DNA of 63,974 nt, filler included, from Eremomyces bilateralis CBS 781.70 (GCA_010015585.1; 11 parts of 8 records of this genome joined end to end with filler, not necessarily neighbours in it), one strand, 5' to 3'; positions 32,967 to 46,600 are shown, counted from the whole stretch's first letter. The notes: generated from the sequence alone by a model not told the origin. Program-made: numbers and translations.

Positions 32967-35900
32967 TTAGTTTGAAAAATGCGGTTGCCTTCTCAATCGA
33001 TGACTTTGCTCATCCGACATTGACTCTTCGATAACTTTCCGTACTAGAATATCTTCATCCTCTTCAAGTGCGTAGTTTCTAGGATCGTCCAGTATCTGGG
33101 ACGCGTGGGGTCCCTGTACTTGAGCACTGGGCTCGCCACATTCTTCTGCCCCTGCGGCTGCTTGACGTTCTTCCTGCCGAGGGCGTTGAGGATTGATGTA
33201 GGTATAGACCCGGGCTGCTTGACGATAGGGCTGATTCGGAGACGCCATTGGATTGTCCGCCGGGGAGAGAACCCTGGATTGGTAGGGAGGCGGGTCAGGA
33301 AAGGGGCCGCGATTTTCAGGATATGTCCGGTAGCCTCTAGGAAAGGCACTGTAGTTTGGATTCGGTGCACGAAGAGGCCGAGTGTCTGGTGGCGGAAAAT
33401 TCCATGTTGGAATAGGAGAGAGCCTGCTCGGGGTATGTGAAGGGGGGGAAGAAGGGAAGGGTCTAGTTGGGATAGGAGATTGCCTGCTGAGTATTGGTGT
33501 ATTCTCACCGGAAAGACCAAAGTGTCTGCTTGGATAAGAAGGTTGGCTGTGAGGATAAGGAGAATGGCCACCTGGAAGAGGTGATTGTCGGTTGGACGAT
33601 GAGCCCACCCGCAGGTACCCCTCATCACTAAGATGGCGCTCTTGCTCAGCTCCAGTGTGTGAAATTTCGATATCCGAAGCAGAATCTCGCTCTGTGTCAT
33701 TTTTGTCGGCTCTAATTCCTTGCCGTGGCAGTGTGAAACGAGTACGGTCGCGAGGTATCTTCATCCCACCATGGCTCTCACTTGAGGAGCGGATGAATAC
33801 AACGTGTCGCTTTCCTCTCCTAGCCATTTGACTTTGCATTTCCTTGGCGTTTACGGGAGTTGCCAAAGACACTCCCCGGGACATCCAGTTCTCAGGACTG
33901 ATGACCAGATGTTGGGGCCCTCCAACATCAACCTTCCGGAAATTTGCCCCTTGGGGGTCAATCTTGACTCTTGATGCCTCCCAGAGGTTTGCTGTAGTGG
34001 TTATCTGCGTTTGGAGCACAGTCTGGGACTTGGCTTCCGTGATCGTACAAGTACTTGTACTGTGGTTTGGAACTTCGCATTCCAGACACACGTCCGCCAT
34101 TATGGAATAGCTGGCGGTTCTGTCCGAGTCCATCAAAAACTCAGCCCAGTTGTTCTTCTTCAAGCTTAACCCAACAGCCCATTCTTGATGGTTGTGCAAG
34201 AAGGCGACCTTGAACTTGTCTCCCCGGAGGCCAGTGCCATCAAGTAGATCGAGTACGCATAAAACAAGAGCTGCCATATCCTTTCGGTACGAAAAATGAT
34301 CAATCCAAACTTGCACTATAGCATACTCACTCTCATTATCTAGTGCCTTCAGGAAGTCACTTCCCCAGCGCGTTGTCGTCCAACCGGGCCTCTGTATTTC
34401 CAAAACAATTTCCAGGCTCTTGCTCAAGAGAAGCTCTTTCACGGATATCCGTCTTGCATTGCCTGTACAGCTGCTGATTTCGACCCCAAGGGCATGATTC
34501 AGCCATGCTGGATTGGCAGACTCGGGAGCCTTTCTCCATCTGTTTCTCACGGCTTGTTTCAGCGGGATTCCCGGCATCTTTTTCTGTCCGACATTAAAAC
34601 TGCCGCTAGCAATTTTGGAGAACCCGATTGTTGCACCACGGGTTTCAGTCTCCCATTCGGATGGCTTGGTGCCCAAAGGGCCGAACAGGTCGGAAAAATC
34701 GGCTTCGAAGTTGTCCATTGTGTATGTGCAATCACTGTTGTACCGATAGGGACCACCGATTAACAAAAGATCGTTCGCGGAAAGCAATATATCGTTCGGC
34801 TTGGAAAAGCGGTGGACAAGTCGCTTCTTGAGGTAGTATGAAGTGCTATTATACCAGTGACAACGGATTGCATTCTTGAAAGCCGGCGCCTTGGAGGCTT
34901 GAAGAGGGACAATAGCCCCTTTTGCAACTTCGAAGTGCTTGATTTCGCATTGTTGGGACTTGTTCTCGATAGACGTGACCGCATAAACAGGACCCCACAC
35001 ATCTGCGAAGGCTTCCATAGTTGTGAGGATGGATAGTCTCTTAAGGGCTCTAGAGTTGGGTGGAACCATCCCATTTTGTTTGAGAGAGCACTGGAAGACC
35101 CATGCTTTCTTCCCATTCAGAAAGCCGTCAAGGCAAGCGAGGCCTCCAAGATTGCAGGAGACGTTAAAGGCTCCATTCTCGAGACCATCAACGCTGACGT
35201 TTGCTACGTCTTTATCCATGCACTCCAGGTTGAATCGACTCCCATGAGAGCCCGCGTAACTGACTAGTGCAAGGTCGAGGAACAGTGCTATCGCTCGAAC
35301 CAGGACCAGAGGTGAAGAGACATCTGCAACAGCAAGTCCAACCATTTCCATGAACGACTTGCTTATATCCCGCAGGTCTTCCAAAGTGTCAAGCATGTCG
35401 TCTCCGTTTAGAAGTGATCCAATTACTGTCTCTATTCCCTCGTGGAAGTTGCAGAGCCAGCCTTCCGAGACCTGCTTAAGTTCTGCAATATTCTCGCCTG
35501 GACAGAGCAGAAGGAAACTGAAATAGGCAGAAGAGTCAGCAAGACCCCAATTATGGCCATCTCGGGGTCCATGGGCGAAGCAGCCGGTGCATATTTCAGG
35601 CATCGTCTCTTTGCGTTTCCATGCCGATCTTGTCTTGCATTCTCGGCACATCCAACCTGCGTTAAAACCACCTGCAGTGCTAAAAGCCGAGCGCAGATAT
35701 CGGAATGACTCAAGGACTTGCCATACGATGCAGTAAGTCTTCGTGAGATTTCGTAATGCAGCCTGTAGCTGCCTCCAAGACTTATCGAACTCGTCCATTG
35801 GTGTGCCACTTTCAATCGACTGATCTAATGGAATTTGGCTGAGCCAGCCCGGCAACTTCGCTCTTAACTCTTCAACATTGCTGATTTGGTGATTCGATAC

Positions 35901-36423
35901 ACTGTAGATTCCGCCAAATTGGGCGAACTCTGACGCTTCCACTACATGCCGTTCGATGAAGTCAAGCTTCGCATAATACGCGTCTGGATCAACAAGGTGC
36001 AGATCCGCGTCGAAGTTCCCAGCTCTTGCAAGTTCTTCCCATGCTTGTCTGGTCTTGTCAATTTCGGTTTCGTTAGCTATATCTGAGCATCTCTCTGGCA
36101 GCCTGTGCGTAGAATCCTCATCTGGATACTGAGTACCTAGACGTAGGATGAGATGAATTGTGGACTCCCTCTGGATGTTGAAATCACGCATAGTTCTTTG
36201 GTTGAATCTACCCTCGAGACTCTTGCCGGCGAAGATCCATCTATGCGAATCCATCGGTATCTTTTCTTTCTCGGATAGTAGCTTCTTCGCTTCTGCAATG
36301 GTGGTAGTGTGGTCGACTTCAAGAATAATCGGGCCTCCGGTCACTATCGTGCGATATTAGCTGACTTGAGTATAGAAACTCCATCCGACAACACTTACAC
36401 CCTTGGACATAGATCGGGAACAT
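32967..36423 (-). CDS. about 1130-aa protein: N-terminal ubiquitin-like domain, CxxC...CxxC insert, uncharacterised fungal domain, Pro/Ser-rich tail
   Basis: Exon 1 MFPIYVQG spliced (intron about 36344-36398) to LTGGPIILEV...IPMDSHRWIFAGKSLE...DFNIQRESTIHLILRLG (no GG). WMCRECK...ICTGC; GVEISSCTGNARR. Confidence 0.85.
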
Positions 36424-37808
36424 CTTGAGAATCGTGATTTGCGAAACTGTAGCCACACCTTCGCAATTGATCTTACCAATTCCCTTCTCGACGATGATCT
36501 GGATCTGAATTTGTATCCCCGACAGTCAAATCCCGCAAAGAGTATTGTCGTTTACTATATGTATGCCCCGCACTCACATAACGGCAGTGGTGATTGACTC
36601 AGCTGCCACGGCCTTGTGCGCCATTTTGGAGCTATGAAGCCTGGTTAAATTTGTGTCCAATGATGATCCTAGATTCATGATGGGCGATGACCAGGCTCGA
36701 TCCGGACATATGGTCCGTACTGCGATCTAGACCGACCCATTGGCTTGGGCTTGGGAGTTGGGCCTAGACGCATTTGCTTTTTCCACATTCTCTTTCGCGA
36801 AATTGCTCGGGTTGGCGAAGTGCGAGTTCCGACGAATATTGATATGCGACAGATTGCGTCAATAAGGTAGGCTACAAATTATAGCAGAAAACTGTTGAAT
36901 GTGATGGTTGGACTTCATCGCTTAGCCCCGGCTTAGCCTCTCGCTTCAAAGAGCTATCAGACATCTGCAAGAAATGAGGACATATTGGCTGAGATCGCTT
37001 AGGAGAATCATCACGATGCAATAAATATTAGTAAATGTGCAAAGAGAGACTGAGAACAGAAAATTACTGGTCAGGGTATGGGCATCAGAGCGCCTCTGGT
37101 CACTGGTGTGCTGTGCTGTGGTTCTCATGAGAATTCAAGCTTTCCGAACCAGAAGCTGTACCTGAATTTGACCTTTCTCACCGCACTCGGCTCTTTTGAA
37201 TTAGCAGGATCAACTCTTAGCTGAACGAAGCCAGGAAGAAAATTTGTCAAATGAGTTGAAATGCCAGCTGTTATTGTACATGGCACGCCGGGTGCCTAAA
37301 CTTGCTGTCTGGGGTGTTGAGATGGAACTCTTCAATGCTCGTAAGCCACCAGTGAATCGTGGCAGGGCTTGCTATCGACTATAAAACTATATTCGACAAC
37401 TTAGTTCTATGTCAGTCTCCGCGCCAGTAATCGAGGGTAAACCGTATTTGATACAGGTATCAAGCTTCTACTTCTGCTTTGCTCTCTAGCAATGTACTGC
37501 GTTTGCAACCTGCAGTACAGTGCACCCTGTCGATGAATCCCTCGATAACCATGGTTATAGACAGACTTAGAAGGGACTAATGTGTAAGTCTTCCATGCTG
37601 GAACCGGGCTAATTTGTTCAAGCACACAGCGCTCCCAGCCGGGAAATGTCTGCTTAGTGGTCGATACCGAGTTCTCCTCGAGATATAGTCTAGATGCTTT
37701 ATTCGCGGAAGACATCGCGACCGACTCTAAACGGTTGCGGTTCAATGGCCGCACGTAATGAGCAACTGTCAAGGCGTTCTAATCCTTAATAGACGAGCGG
37801 ATATCCGA

Positions 37809-38429
37809 TTATGTCGCTGCCGTTTCCCCGTCCGAGCCTCTTTGCACGACAAGCATTTTACGCTCTTCTCGATTCGCTGAATAGATCTGCATAAGTACTG
37901 GTTAGCGCCAACTATGGAGCAATCCAGACGGGTCCCAATTACATACCCAGTACCAAAGAAGTAGCTCCGTGAATGCCCAGGTGAATACCACACTATTCTT
38001 CAGGTCCTGCCCGAAGGCCCTTGTTTTGGAGTCACCCAGAGGCTTCATCATATATGTGAGCGCCGTAAGGCCAAATAGGAAGGCCAATCGAACAGGAACC
38101 TGGACTGCCCAGTATTGCATGGCAAGAACTGTGGGCATAGAAACAGCGGATAGATCGACGACGCCCAAGAACGCGAGGATGACGGCGAGGAAGGCTGATG
38201 CATGGCTCGGCTTGCTGAAGGCAGATGTCGCATGTGGCTACGGCTGTCAGTGGAATCTGAGTACAAGAAAATGAAGATGCTCCTCTATTACCATATGCGT
38301 CGCCTCTCCTAAGAAGAATACCAAATCATGGTCCGCAACCTTCTGTGGATTCTGAAGCAGGACAAAAGCCAAGAATATATGAAACACCGACACGACCCTG
38401 ATCAATGTAAAGGAGGAAATCAAAGCCAT
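37809..38429 (-). CDS. ILM1: Ilm1 (increased loss of mitochondrial DNA protein 1) family membrane protein; 3 exons
   Basis: MALISSFTLIRVVSVFH...NPQKVADHDLVFFLGEA, YWAVQVPVRLAFLFGLT, LKNSVVFTWAFTELLLWYW, REER. Confidence 0.85.
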
Positions 38430-38581
38430 TTCGAAGTGACAAGTGACAAGTTCTGGGCTTCCTCAATATCTCATGCAAAGCTGAAAGACGCGTGTAGTTA
38501 TGATAGACGCGATTGGACTTCAGTTGATAGATACCATTTTAGAGCCAACGATATGAACCAGAAGTGCAAGTCTTTCTAATA

Positions 38582-38898
38582 CTGTAGTGGTCTTCAATAA
38601 GTTCGAACCCCTGCCTGTTGGCCAACCACCTACTTGGCCAGTATCACCATCTTCACCACCATCACCAAACGCGTAATATCTCAACCACCATATCGTATTA
38701 CGATGTCAAATTCAGAGGAGGTACTCCTACAGGCTATCCATGCCGTAGAGACCGGTCAATGCAAATCACAAAATGAAGCTGCGGCCCTATTCAAGGTCAA
38801 TCGAGCTACGCTTCAAAACCGCCTCAAGGGCATGCAATCGCGCTCTACAGCTCAACAATCGAACCAACGCCTTACACCGGTGCAAGAGAGGTTTTTAG
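38582..38898 (+). mobile_element. 5' end of a Fot1/pogo transposon (HTH_psq start of transposase, ATG 38703)
   Basis: MSNSEEVLLQAIHAV...SQNEAAALFKVNRATLQNRLKG...QRLTPVQERFL, cut by the gap; preceded by TA and a putative TIR. Confidence 0.85.
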
Positions 38899-38998
38899 NN
38901 NNNNNNNNNNNNNNNNNNNNNNNNNNNNNNNNNNNNNNNNNNTTAATTAATTAANNNNNNNNNNNNNNNNNNNNNNNNNNNNNNNNNNNNNNNNNNNN

Positions 38999-40833
38999 CG
39001 AACACTCGTGTTGGTTCTTTTCTGTACTTCTTTGTGGCGTGCGCGAAGGACACCGATGAAATCTGTCTGATCTCTTTCGCAAACTTCCGGAGTTCAGGAG
39101 TGTCTAACTGCTTAACGGAGACGCCAGTTCTTTCGATGTGCAAAGTCCCCGTCTATACGTTCGTGTAGGCTCGTTCGTTCTCTAGCCAAGGAGTACCTAG
39201 GATCATCTAGTACTCTCCTGCTATCTTGGGGACAATATAAAGGAAAATCTTCCCCGATGGTGTTCGTGCTAATTGAGACCCTCCAATATCTAATGAGTCC
39301 AGTATTGCACACTCTGTGATCTTGTTCTTTGATAACTCTTCGAATCCTAATACCCCGATAGGTTCAGGGAGGGTAAACCTGTCAAGCTTCAATCGCCTTG
39401 CAACTCTTTCTTCGATCAGCCCATAAGATTGCGACCCATTATCGATCAGGGTAAGGACGTTATATTGCTTGTTCACGTATACGGGGATAGTAAAAAGTGT
39501 TCCTTCCATGTTAAATGAATTCCATTCATTTATCAACTTATTGTAGACTTTTCCATCCTTAGGCCCTAGGCGCCGACTTTCGGCTAGGGCATCTCGTTTT
39601 CCGATTCCGTCTCTTCTGCTTGTCCTTGCTCATTGTTCTGGGAAGTCAACAACACTAGTTAGGGCTTTTCCGTAAGAATTCCATTCGTGAAAACTCCGCT
39701 CGTCTGGGTTCGTCGAGGGGGAGGTGCATAGTAGCATTGGAAGGAGCGATGCCCTGCGTTTCCACAGGTGAAACAGACTCCTGCGGCTTGTCGTGCTTGG
39801 AATTCTTTGGAATTGATTGGGCGCCCTTTCGGACGGTTGTCAGGATTCGGGTGTAAGGAGCGCGACGGTCGGTTCTGCGTCAAGGCCTAAGCAGCTTACG
39901 TTTAAGTGACACGCGTTGTCCAATCCATTGCGTCCGGATGAGCCGGGGATGGTGCGGGCGCTAAGACTTGGACTTGCGGTGGGGTCGGGACCGCAGGCGT
40001 TGGAGATGGTGGTCGGTATTGCGATCGTGACGTACCTCCGCGGTTTCCAGGAACCCATCGAGAGGTTGAAGCGTGAGCTGCTTCAGAGGCGTAGTGGGCC
40101 GTATAGAGCATATCGACGAACTTATCATAGTTACTGAAATCAAGACCCGCGATGGTTGCAGGGAGAATGAGTTATCGCATCTCACTGCTCAGCTTTTCTT
40201 AGAGAACGTTGATTTTAGTTCGAGCATCTTGGTAATCCATCTGAGCCTCGGTCTGGAGTCGTTGGTGCTCTTTCATAAACTCTGGAAACGGTTTATTAAC
40301 TTGCTTTAGGCGAACGAATTAAGAGTAAGCACGTTCAGCCTCATGTTCGTCTCGATATCTCGAATCTAGGAAAGCCACAAATTTCTCCGTATCCTGGGAA
40401 GCCGTATTCCTGTCCCTCCATTGCGTAGCAAACAGCGCGGGTTCTCCATCGAGGAAGGCACAGATATAGGCAATTGCGGTTACGTGATCATGAGCGACAA
40501 GATGTCCATCTACTTGAATCTTGTTTTGCATCTTTGCTCTCCAAACTTTGTACTTCTTCTTGTCTCCTTCGAATCTCGTTGGTTTCGGGAGTTTCTGATT
40601 CCTGTCCCTAGCTAGGGTCTTAGTAGGGGTTTCCGGCTTAGCGGCTTCCTTAGGAGCTGTAGCTTCGCTTTGGACTTTTTTTGTTTGCGGTGTCTCGGCC
40701 TCTGTAGCCTTTCCTAGAGCTAACTCTAGCTGTTGTATCTTTTCTGCCATGGTGGCCATCATGGCTGCCATTTCCGTTTTCTCTTTATTCGTGAACGTAT
40801 TCGTATTCCCTGTCGGTGGACCCGGTGGACCCT
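38999..40833 (-). mobile_element. Ty3/gypsy LTR-retrotransposon gag-protease fragment with premature stops
   Basis: Gag KLPKPTRFEGD...AIAYICAFLDG, DAMDW, zinc knuckle CFTCGNAGHRSFQC, aspartic protease TLIDNGS. Confidence 0.9.
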
Positions 40834-40933
40834 NNNNNNNNNNNNNNNNNNNNNNNNNNNNNNNNNNNNNNNNNNNNTTAATTAATTAANNNNNNNNNNN
40901 NNNNNNNNNNNNNNNNNNNNNNNNNNNNNNNNN

Positions 40934-41428
40934 GCCTCCGCGTCGGGCGATAGCACGGTCAAGATCTGGGAGGCGAGTAGTGGCGCGTGCCTGCAGACGC
41001 TGGAGGGGCACAGTAATAGGGTCCTGTCGGTGGCCTTCTCACATGACTCGACCTGGCTCGCCTCCGCGGCGGACGATTACACGGTCAAGATCTGGGAGGC
41101 GGACAGCGGCGTCTGCCTACAGACGCTCCAAGTTAGGAAGGCACTCTGTGACATATCATTTGATGCTACTGGTTTGCATCTTCATACTGAAATCGGTACC
41201 ATCGCTCTTGATACGTCATTGGCTTCATTTAACTCCTCAATTATAACGAAGTCCCAAGGTCCACGATATCAAGGATGGGGATTAAGCTCAGATGGAGCGT
41301 GGATAACATATAATTCCGAGAACCTCGTGTGGTTACCCTCGGAATATCGGCCGTCATGTTCGGCCGTGTCCGTAAAGACTGTAGGTATCGGCGTTGGATC
41401 TGGAAGGGTGTGGATGTGCAGTTTCTAG
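40934..41428 (+). CDS. C-terminal WD40 repeats and tail of a HET-E-like NACHT-WD NLR (5' end missing)
   Basis: ASASGDSTVKIWEASSGACLQTLEGHSNRVLSVAFSHDSTWLASAADDYTVKIWE and tail WLPSEYRPSCSAV. Confidence 0.9.
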   Translation, partial: ASASGDSTVKIWEASSGACLQTLEGHSNRVLSVAFSHDSTWLASAADDYTVKIWEADSGVCLQTLQVRKALCDISFDATGLHLHTEIGTIALDTSLASFNSSIITKSQGPRYQGWGLSSDGAWITYNSENLVWLPSEYRPSCSAVSVKTVGIGVGSGRVWMCSF

Positions 41429-41559
41429 AATCCACAAGATCGTTGATAAGCTCGGCCTTTTGCTGGACATTCCACAACATACACATCTGTGGATTTCAAA
41501 TGATCGTTAAAATATCAGAACAGAGCAGTAATTCCTCAGCCCCAGCGCCTCGATCTCTC

Positions 41560-42958
41560 GCTCGGCAACCTCTACTTCACTCTTCCGTGTCTTTTTGGCG
41601 CCCAATACTGCTGATACAGAACTTTTTGCGCTTTCGACCACGTTTTCCTTTCACCAGGATAGCTCTTTTTCGCATCATGCTTCGCCTGGGCCTTGACAAT
41701 GTCCTCATAGCTTATCACTTTTGCCTTACCGGCTACCGTTGACCTAGCTGATTGGCGACTGTTGCTTTCATTGTTCTGCTCGAATAAGAGCCGGTTCTTA
41801 CCCAGAAGAAGGGCGTGTTCAGCAAAGGCCTTTTGAGCGGCACTGGCGAGTTTTTGCAAGCGGTGTTTGCTCGGACCGTCTAGGAATTGAGCATCGTCTT
41901 CGATTTGGATTTGCAGCGGTGGGAGGGCCTCCGATGTCACTGGCGTTTGCAGCCATATGCCTTGTAGACAAGATTCCACCTCCATTTCATGATCCTCCGG
42001 AGCGTACAATTCGGCTAGCGGCTTCTGATATCTCTAAGTACCCTGTCGGGGCTAAATGGATATAGACCTGTCTTCGACTAGCCGGACTTGATGTTTCGAG
42101 AGGTGAGCGCCTGTTCACGCGCACGGCTATAGCGAGAGGCAAAATGCAGCTTGCCGACGGTGTTTGCACCTCCTCGATACAATGGTTTAACCTGTTCGCG
42201 ATATGCAGACTTCAGTGGGCCAAAGACTCCGACGTCACAGGGCCGCGGCTTATGGGAGTTGTGCGACGGAATGCGGCAAAGGAGAATGTTGTTTTCAAGG
42301 CAATACTCCATCACTTCGAGCGACTCACGGGTTCCGAAGCCGTCACAAATAAGAACACGCGGTTTCTGATTCGCCTGTGCTTTAGTTTCAGGGTCACACA
42401 CACGTTTGACCCAGTCCAAGCTGACCTTGGAGTCGTGTATCCAAATTGGGAGCATATTACAAAATGCCATCATGGGTTGGGGTATGTAGTCCATGTGCTT
42501 CGATGGGTCGCGCTTGGCCAGATGATCAGTGGAAAGAGAGATCTACTGTTAGCAGAGATACACTCGATCGCGGTCGCCATTGTCCGCTCGACACCGGCGC
42601 CTCTGTGAGTTCGCAGGTCGTCCTTACCTACCAGGACTTTGAGGAAGCTGAGCATACTCAACATGACTCCCGTTTCGTCCAATGTTGTAATTACCGCATG
42701 GGCGCTGTCAGCGGGACAGTATAATATGCCGAGAAAAGTGAGGGAGGCACAGCAGGCTCCAGCTGTCGCATTTCGCGGGGGTGATGATTAAGCACGTTCG
42801 CTGCTTAGCTCAGTTGCTGTAGAGTCACAACGCAAGTTGGTCTTGACGATTTCCATTGTCTCCTCAAAAGGGGATCTAGCTAGCAAAACAGTTGAAGATA
42901 ACTAACCTCCCCCCCTGCGTGATGGAACGCCCGCCGTGCTGGAACAAAATCGAGGTAC
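41560..42958 (-). mobile_element. degenerate Fot1/pogo (DDE_1) transposon
   Basis: YN-DETGVML, AIECISA, VLICDGFG, PCDVGVFGPLKSAY, LTSRNIKSG, with frameshifts. Putative 5' TIR near 42920-42958. Confidence 0.85.
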
Positions 42959-43377
42959 TTTGACTTCAAACCCACTCAGAGGCTCTGTGCATGTTGTAAT
43001 TCTTATGATTTCATATAGAATAGATTTTCTAGCCACTCTTAAACATCTAGGACTTTGTCAAACATAAAAAATTACAATTGCATGGTCGCCGATCAGCAGA
43101 TTTCAGCGCAGCACTCGGAATACATCGTCCACGCCGCGACAGTATTTCCATGCTACAGCGCCACCATCATCATATTTCCTATTCAAAAGGCTATAAGATA
43201 AATCACTCTAAGCCATAAATCCCGTTCTAATGCTAGAAGTCCTTCATCCAGAGCATGCGTTGTGTTCGAAGCGATTTCAAATATTTCCACTATATAGGTC
43301 GGTACTTGCAGCCGATCACACTTCCTCTTTCGGCGACCTATAGAGTACAGCCACAGGGCTATTACATAATTAAGAAT

Positions 43378-43510
43378 TGTCGCAGACCAAGGTTTCATCT
43401 AAGGGAGCTCGAGGCTACAAACTGCATTAATAAACTTGCCACGAATCTCATATATCTGGAGGGCCAGGGGACCAGGCATTGACATAAGAACACGCAACTT
43501 GAACGCAACT
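43378..43510. repeat. partial LTR copy (inverted relative to 54845-54977), cut by the gap
   Basis: 133 bp starting TGTCGCAGACC; one visible mismatch to the reverse complement of the solo LTR. Confidence 0.9.
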
Positions 43511-43610
43511 NNNNNNNNNNNNNNNNNNNNNNNNNNNNNNNNNNNNNNNNNNNNTTAATTAATTAANNNNNNNNNNNNNNNNNNNNNNNNNNNNNNNNNN
43601 NNNNNNNNNN

Positions 43611-46600
43611 CTGTCGCTCGACGCCGACGCTACCACCTTGCCGTCCGGCGAGAAGGCCACGGCCTCGACCGGTCCCCCGTGGCCCTCGAACGTCTGCAGT
43701 AGAGCACTCCAATCATTCTCGACCTTGGGTAATCTTTGCATCCATCGAGGTATCCGGTCTTTAAACTGCCTCCTAACTATACTTATAGTAGGTGTAAAAA
43801 TCAATGCACTACAGTAGACCTGTAGAGGAGCGTACTCTAATACTGGCTGGTTAAATAGTGCAAATCTTTTGGCATCTTGAATAAACTCGGATAGACGGGG
43901 ACAGTCATGTTCCTGAACTAAATTAAGCTGGAAGACTCGTGTAAAGCGTTTGGTGTACTTACAAGGGCAACGGACTCTAAAGAAGTAATTGCATAGATCC
44001 CTTCAGAGATCCTCCGCATCCAGCTCAGCGCCTCAAGCCAATGTAGTAAGTGCATCTGTAGGAACTGATGCACTAAGTCGTTGTCATGAAGCCGAGTATC
44101 ACTCTTCTGAAGATGCTGAACCCAGCAGAGACATGCATATTGAACCTCCGGAGTAAAGTATTGTTCCACTCGATTGCTCGATATATCAGCTACGAGCACA
44201 CCTGGAGCTTTCATTCCACAGATGTCTTGCTTAAGAGAGGTGGACATTAACTCTATGCACCTGGCGGCTAATATTCCCTGAGCTTGCTTCTCGTTAACCC
44301 AAAAGTTTAAATCGTTGCATCTCTTCTGGTCGAGGAGGAAGTCGCGAAATGAAGGGTGATGCAGACGGAGCGGCCGGATTAGGTCATCCGGGATGTCTAG
44401 GATGGAATGCAAATCACCTAATGTTCGAATAACTTGCTCTGGGCTGACTTTAAGCAAACGAGCCAAGGAAAGTATGGAAAGAGGAGAAAGGAGAAGAACA
44501 ATACTTCCAGCCGTATCTTTCAATAGTTTGTACCATTTCTTTCTTTCTTTCTTTCGAAGATTTCCGACACTGCTTCTAAGAACGGTAAGGTAGATTTTGT
44601 TCAGCTGCTCATTCGGTGCAACTGCGGAGTCGTCAATGGAAGAGATATCTGTTTCGGAGTCATCCGTCGAGAGGGGATCTTCTATAAGACTGCCCTGAAG
44701 GATTATGGACAGCCTATCTGCCGCCAAGCTTCCGCCTTCATGAATATAACGACATGCGGTTGCGGCCCAGATAAACAGCCCACTTGCACTCTGAACCAGA
44801 TGTGTAATGGCATCTTCACCCGGCCAGCCAGCACCGAATGAGCGTTCCTGCCCAATAAGGCTCAGTTTACTTTCTAAGAAAACAGTGATGTCGTGGTTTA
44901 TAGTCGACCGCGAGATGTTATGAAGGACGAAATCTTTGTGTTCTGTATCAGGCATCTGACAGAGCCCGTATCGAATCGGAATTTCAGGTCTGCTCGTTAA
45001 AAAGATTCGTATCCGTATCTTCGTCACCGATCGTGTCTTGGCTAAAAGTTGTAGAATTGTCCGGATATTGTTTTCATCAGCGCACTCATCGAGGGCATCA
45101 ACGACAAGAACGTATGAGGATCGGGAGTCCTTGTCGTCTAGCTTCAATAAAGGACTGACGATAAGATGCTGCCATTGGTCGCGCAGAGACTGGTTAGCAA
45201 TATCGTTACGCTCCGCAATAGCGCCACAAATGTGTCGACAGAGATTAGGGACGTTCCTTGCAAGCTGCACGGCAATGCTTGTCACGAACTTGACTGCATG
45301 GCCAACATCTCCACCGCCTCTTGAGAAGAAGAAGCTGGCCCCAAGACGGCCATTCTCTAAGTATGTACGGGCAACAGTATGAGCAATCGTTGACTTTCCC
45401 GTTCCCGCCAGACCGTTCAGCCAGAAGATACTCCGTTCATCTTGGCCACCAGCCCAGTTGAATATTTCCTTCAGAACATCGACGCGGGTATTGGGGAGAC
45501 AGGTCGATTCGTGTTGCTTTTGAAACGAATTGAATAGAGCTTCGGCAGCGATCGGTAGGCGATCTAGTTCTTTCTCTGACGGCATCTCTGCAATGAGCAT
45601 TCTATTCCTTGGATTTCGGCTCTCAGATGTGGATTCACGATCTCCATTTGCGGTCAGCGACAAACGTGTTTCACAGCCCTGGAACTGCAAACATTACTCA
45701 CGCGATTGCCCATCCGATCCTGCTGCTGGCTGGACGGGGTCTTCCAGTAGTCGCTGCAGGTAGGGGACAAGATCCGAATAACTTGGCCCAAACTGTAATC
45801 GTACCAGAGGCTGGTGACTGAGAGAATCTCCGGTCCGAACCAAAAGACAATGTCGATTTGGAATATCACTCTGATGTTCGCATGCCCATTTCAACAGTGC
45901 GCTGAAGTTTGGGTCTTCCAATCCGGATCCACAGCCAACAAACATCATCGTGTAAGTATTCCAAAGCGTTCTTAGCATACCCTGAATATCATCTGAGTGT
46001 CTAACCTCATAATAGTCCGTTGCGTCCAGGATAACATCATTGGGTGTGTGGTAGCTGCCGTGTATATGGAGGATCCCGCGCAAATCTCCACTTTGGAACT
46101 TTAAGATCTCTTCATGATTAGACTGGTTGATGCGGCGCAAGTTGCAGTAGCCTTCTTCGAAGAGATCGTCGTAGTTCGTTGTAAGCAGCATAGCTCCTTT
46201 CTCATGAAACGATTTTAGAACATCGAGCACGGCTGGGTGCCTAACTTCCTTGGAGAGACCGTCAAACACTGCTTGTAACCAGGTAGGCAGCTGACGGGTC
46301 TTGTCGAGCAGAGATTTCAGAATACCTGCCGCGTCGAGCAGATCGTCCAGATCAGGATTGGACTGATCGAGTATCTCACATGCACGCTTCAATCTTCGAT
46401 TATTTCCCTCAACGTGGCCATCCGTGACAAGATAGTCCAAGCCATGTCGTATCAGGCCTCGCCACGATATTCGAGCGAGCGATTCGCCTAATACCGTTGA
46501 TGTTGCGCTGATTGTCACTCCAGCCCCAATAACAACCACGAGCTTCTTATTATTCAAGGCAACTCTGATCCGGTCTAGGCGCTCATTCTCGATCCTCGTA

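Noticed and set aside
36140..36423. Bona fide ubiquitin/NEDD8 gene
   Set aside because: Diverged, no C-terminal diglycine, fused to a long ORF.
40934..43700. WD40 tail at 40934 as the missing end of the SIR2-NLR
   Set aside because: Different repeat type (FSHDSTWLAS versus FSPDGKVVAS), opposite strand and separate contig; cannot be joined from this evidence.
45694..46557. Ordinary sirtuin deacetylase gene
   Set aside because: Lacks the GIPDFR and TQNID motifs and the four-Cys zinc module; has TTNYD/HGS and splices to NACHT.
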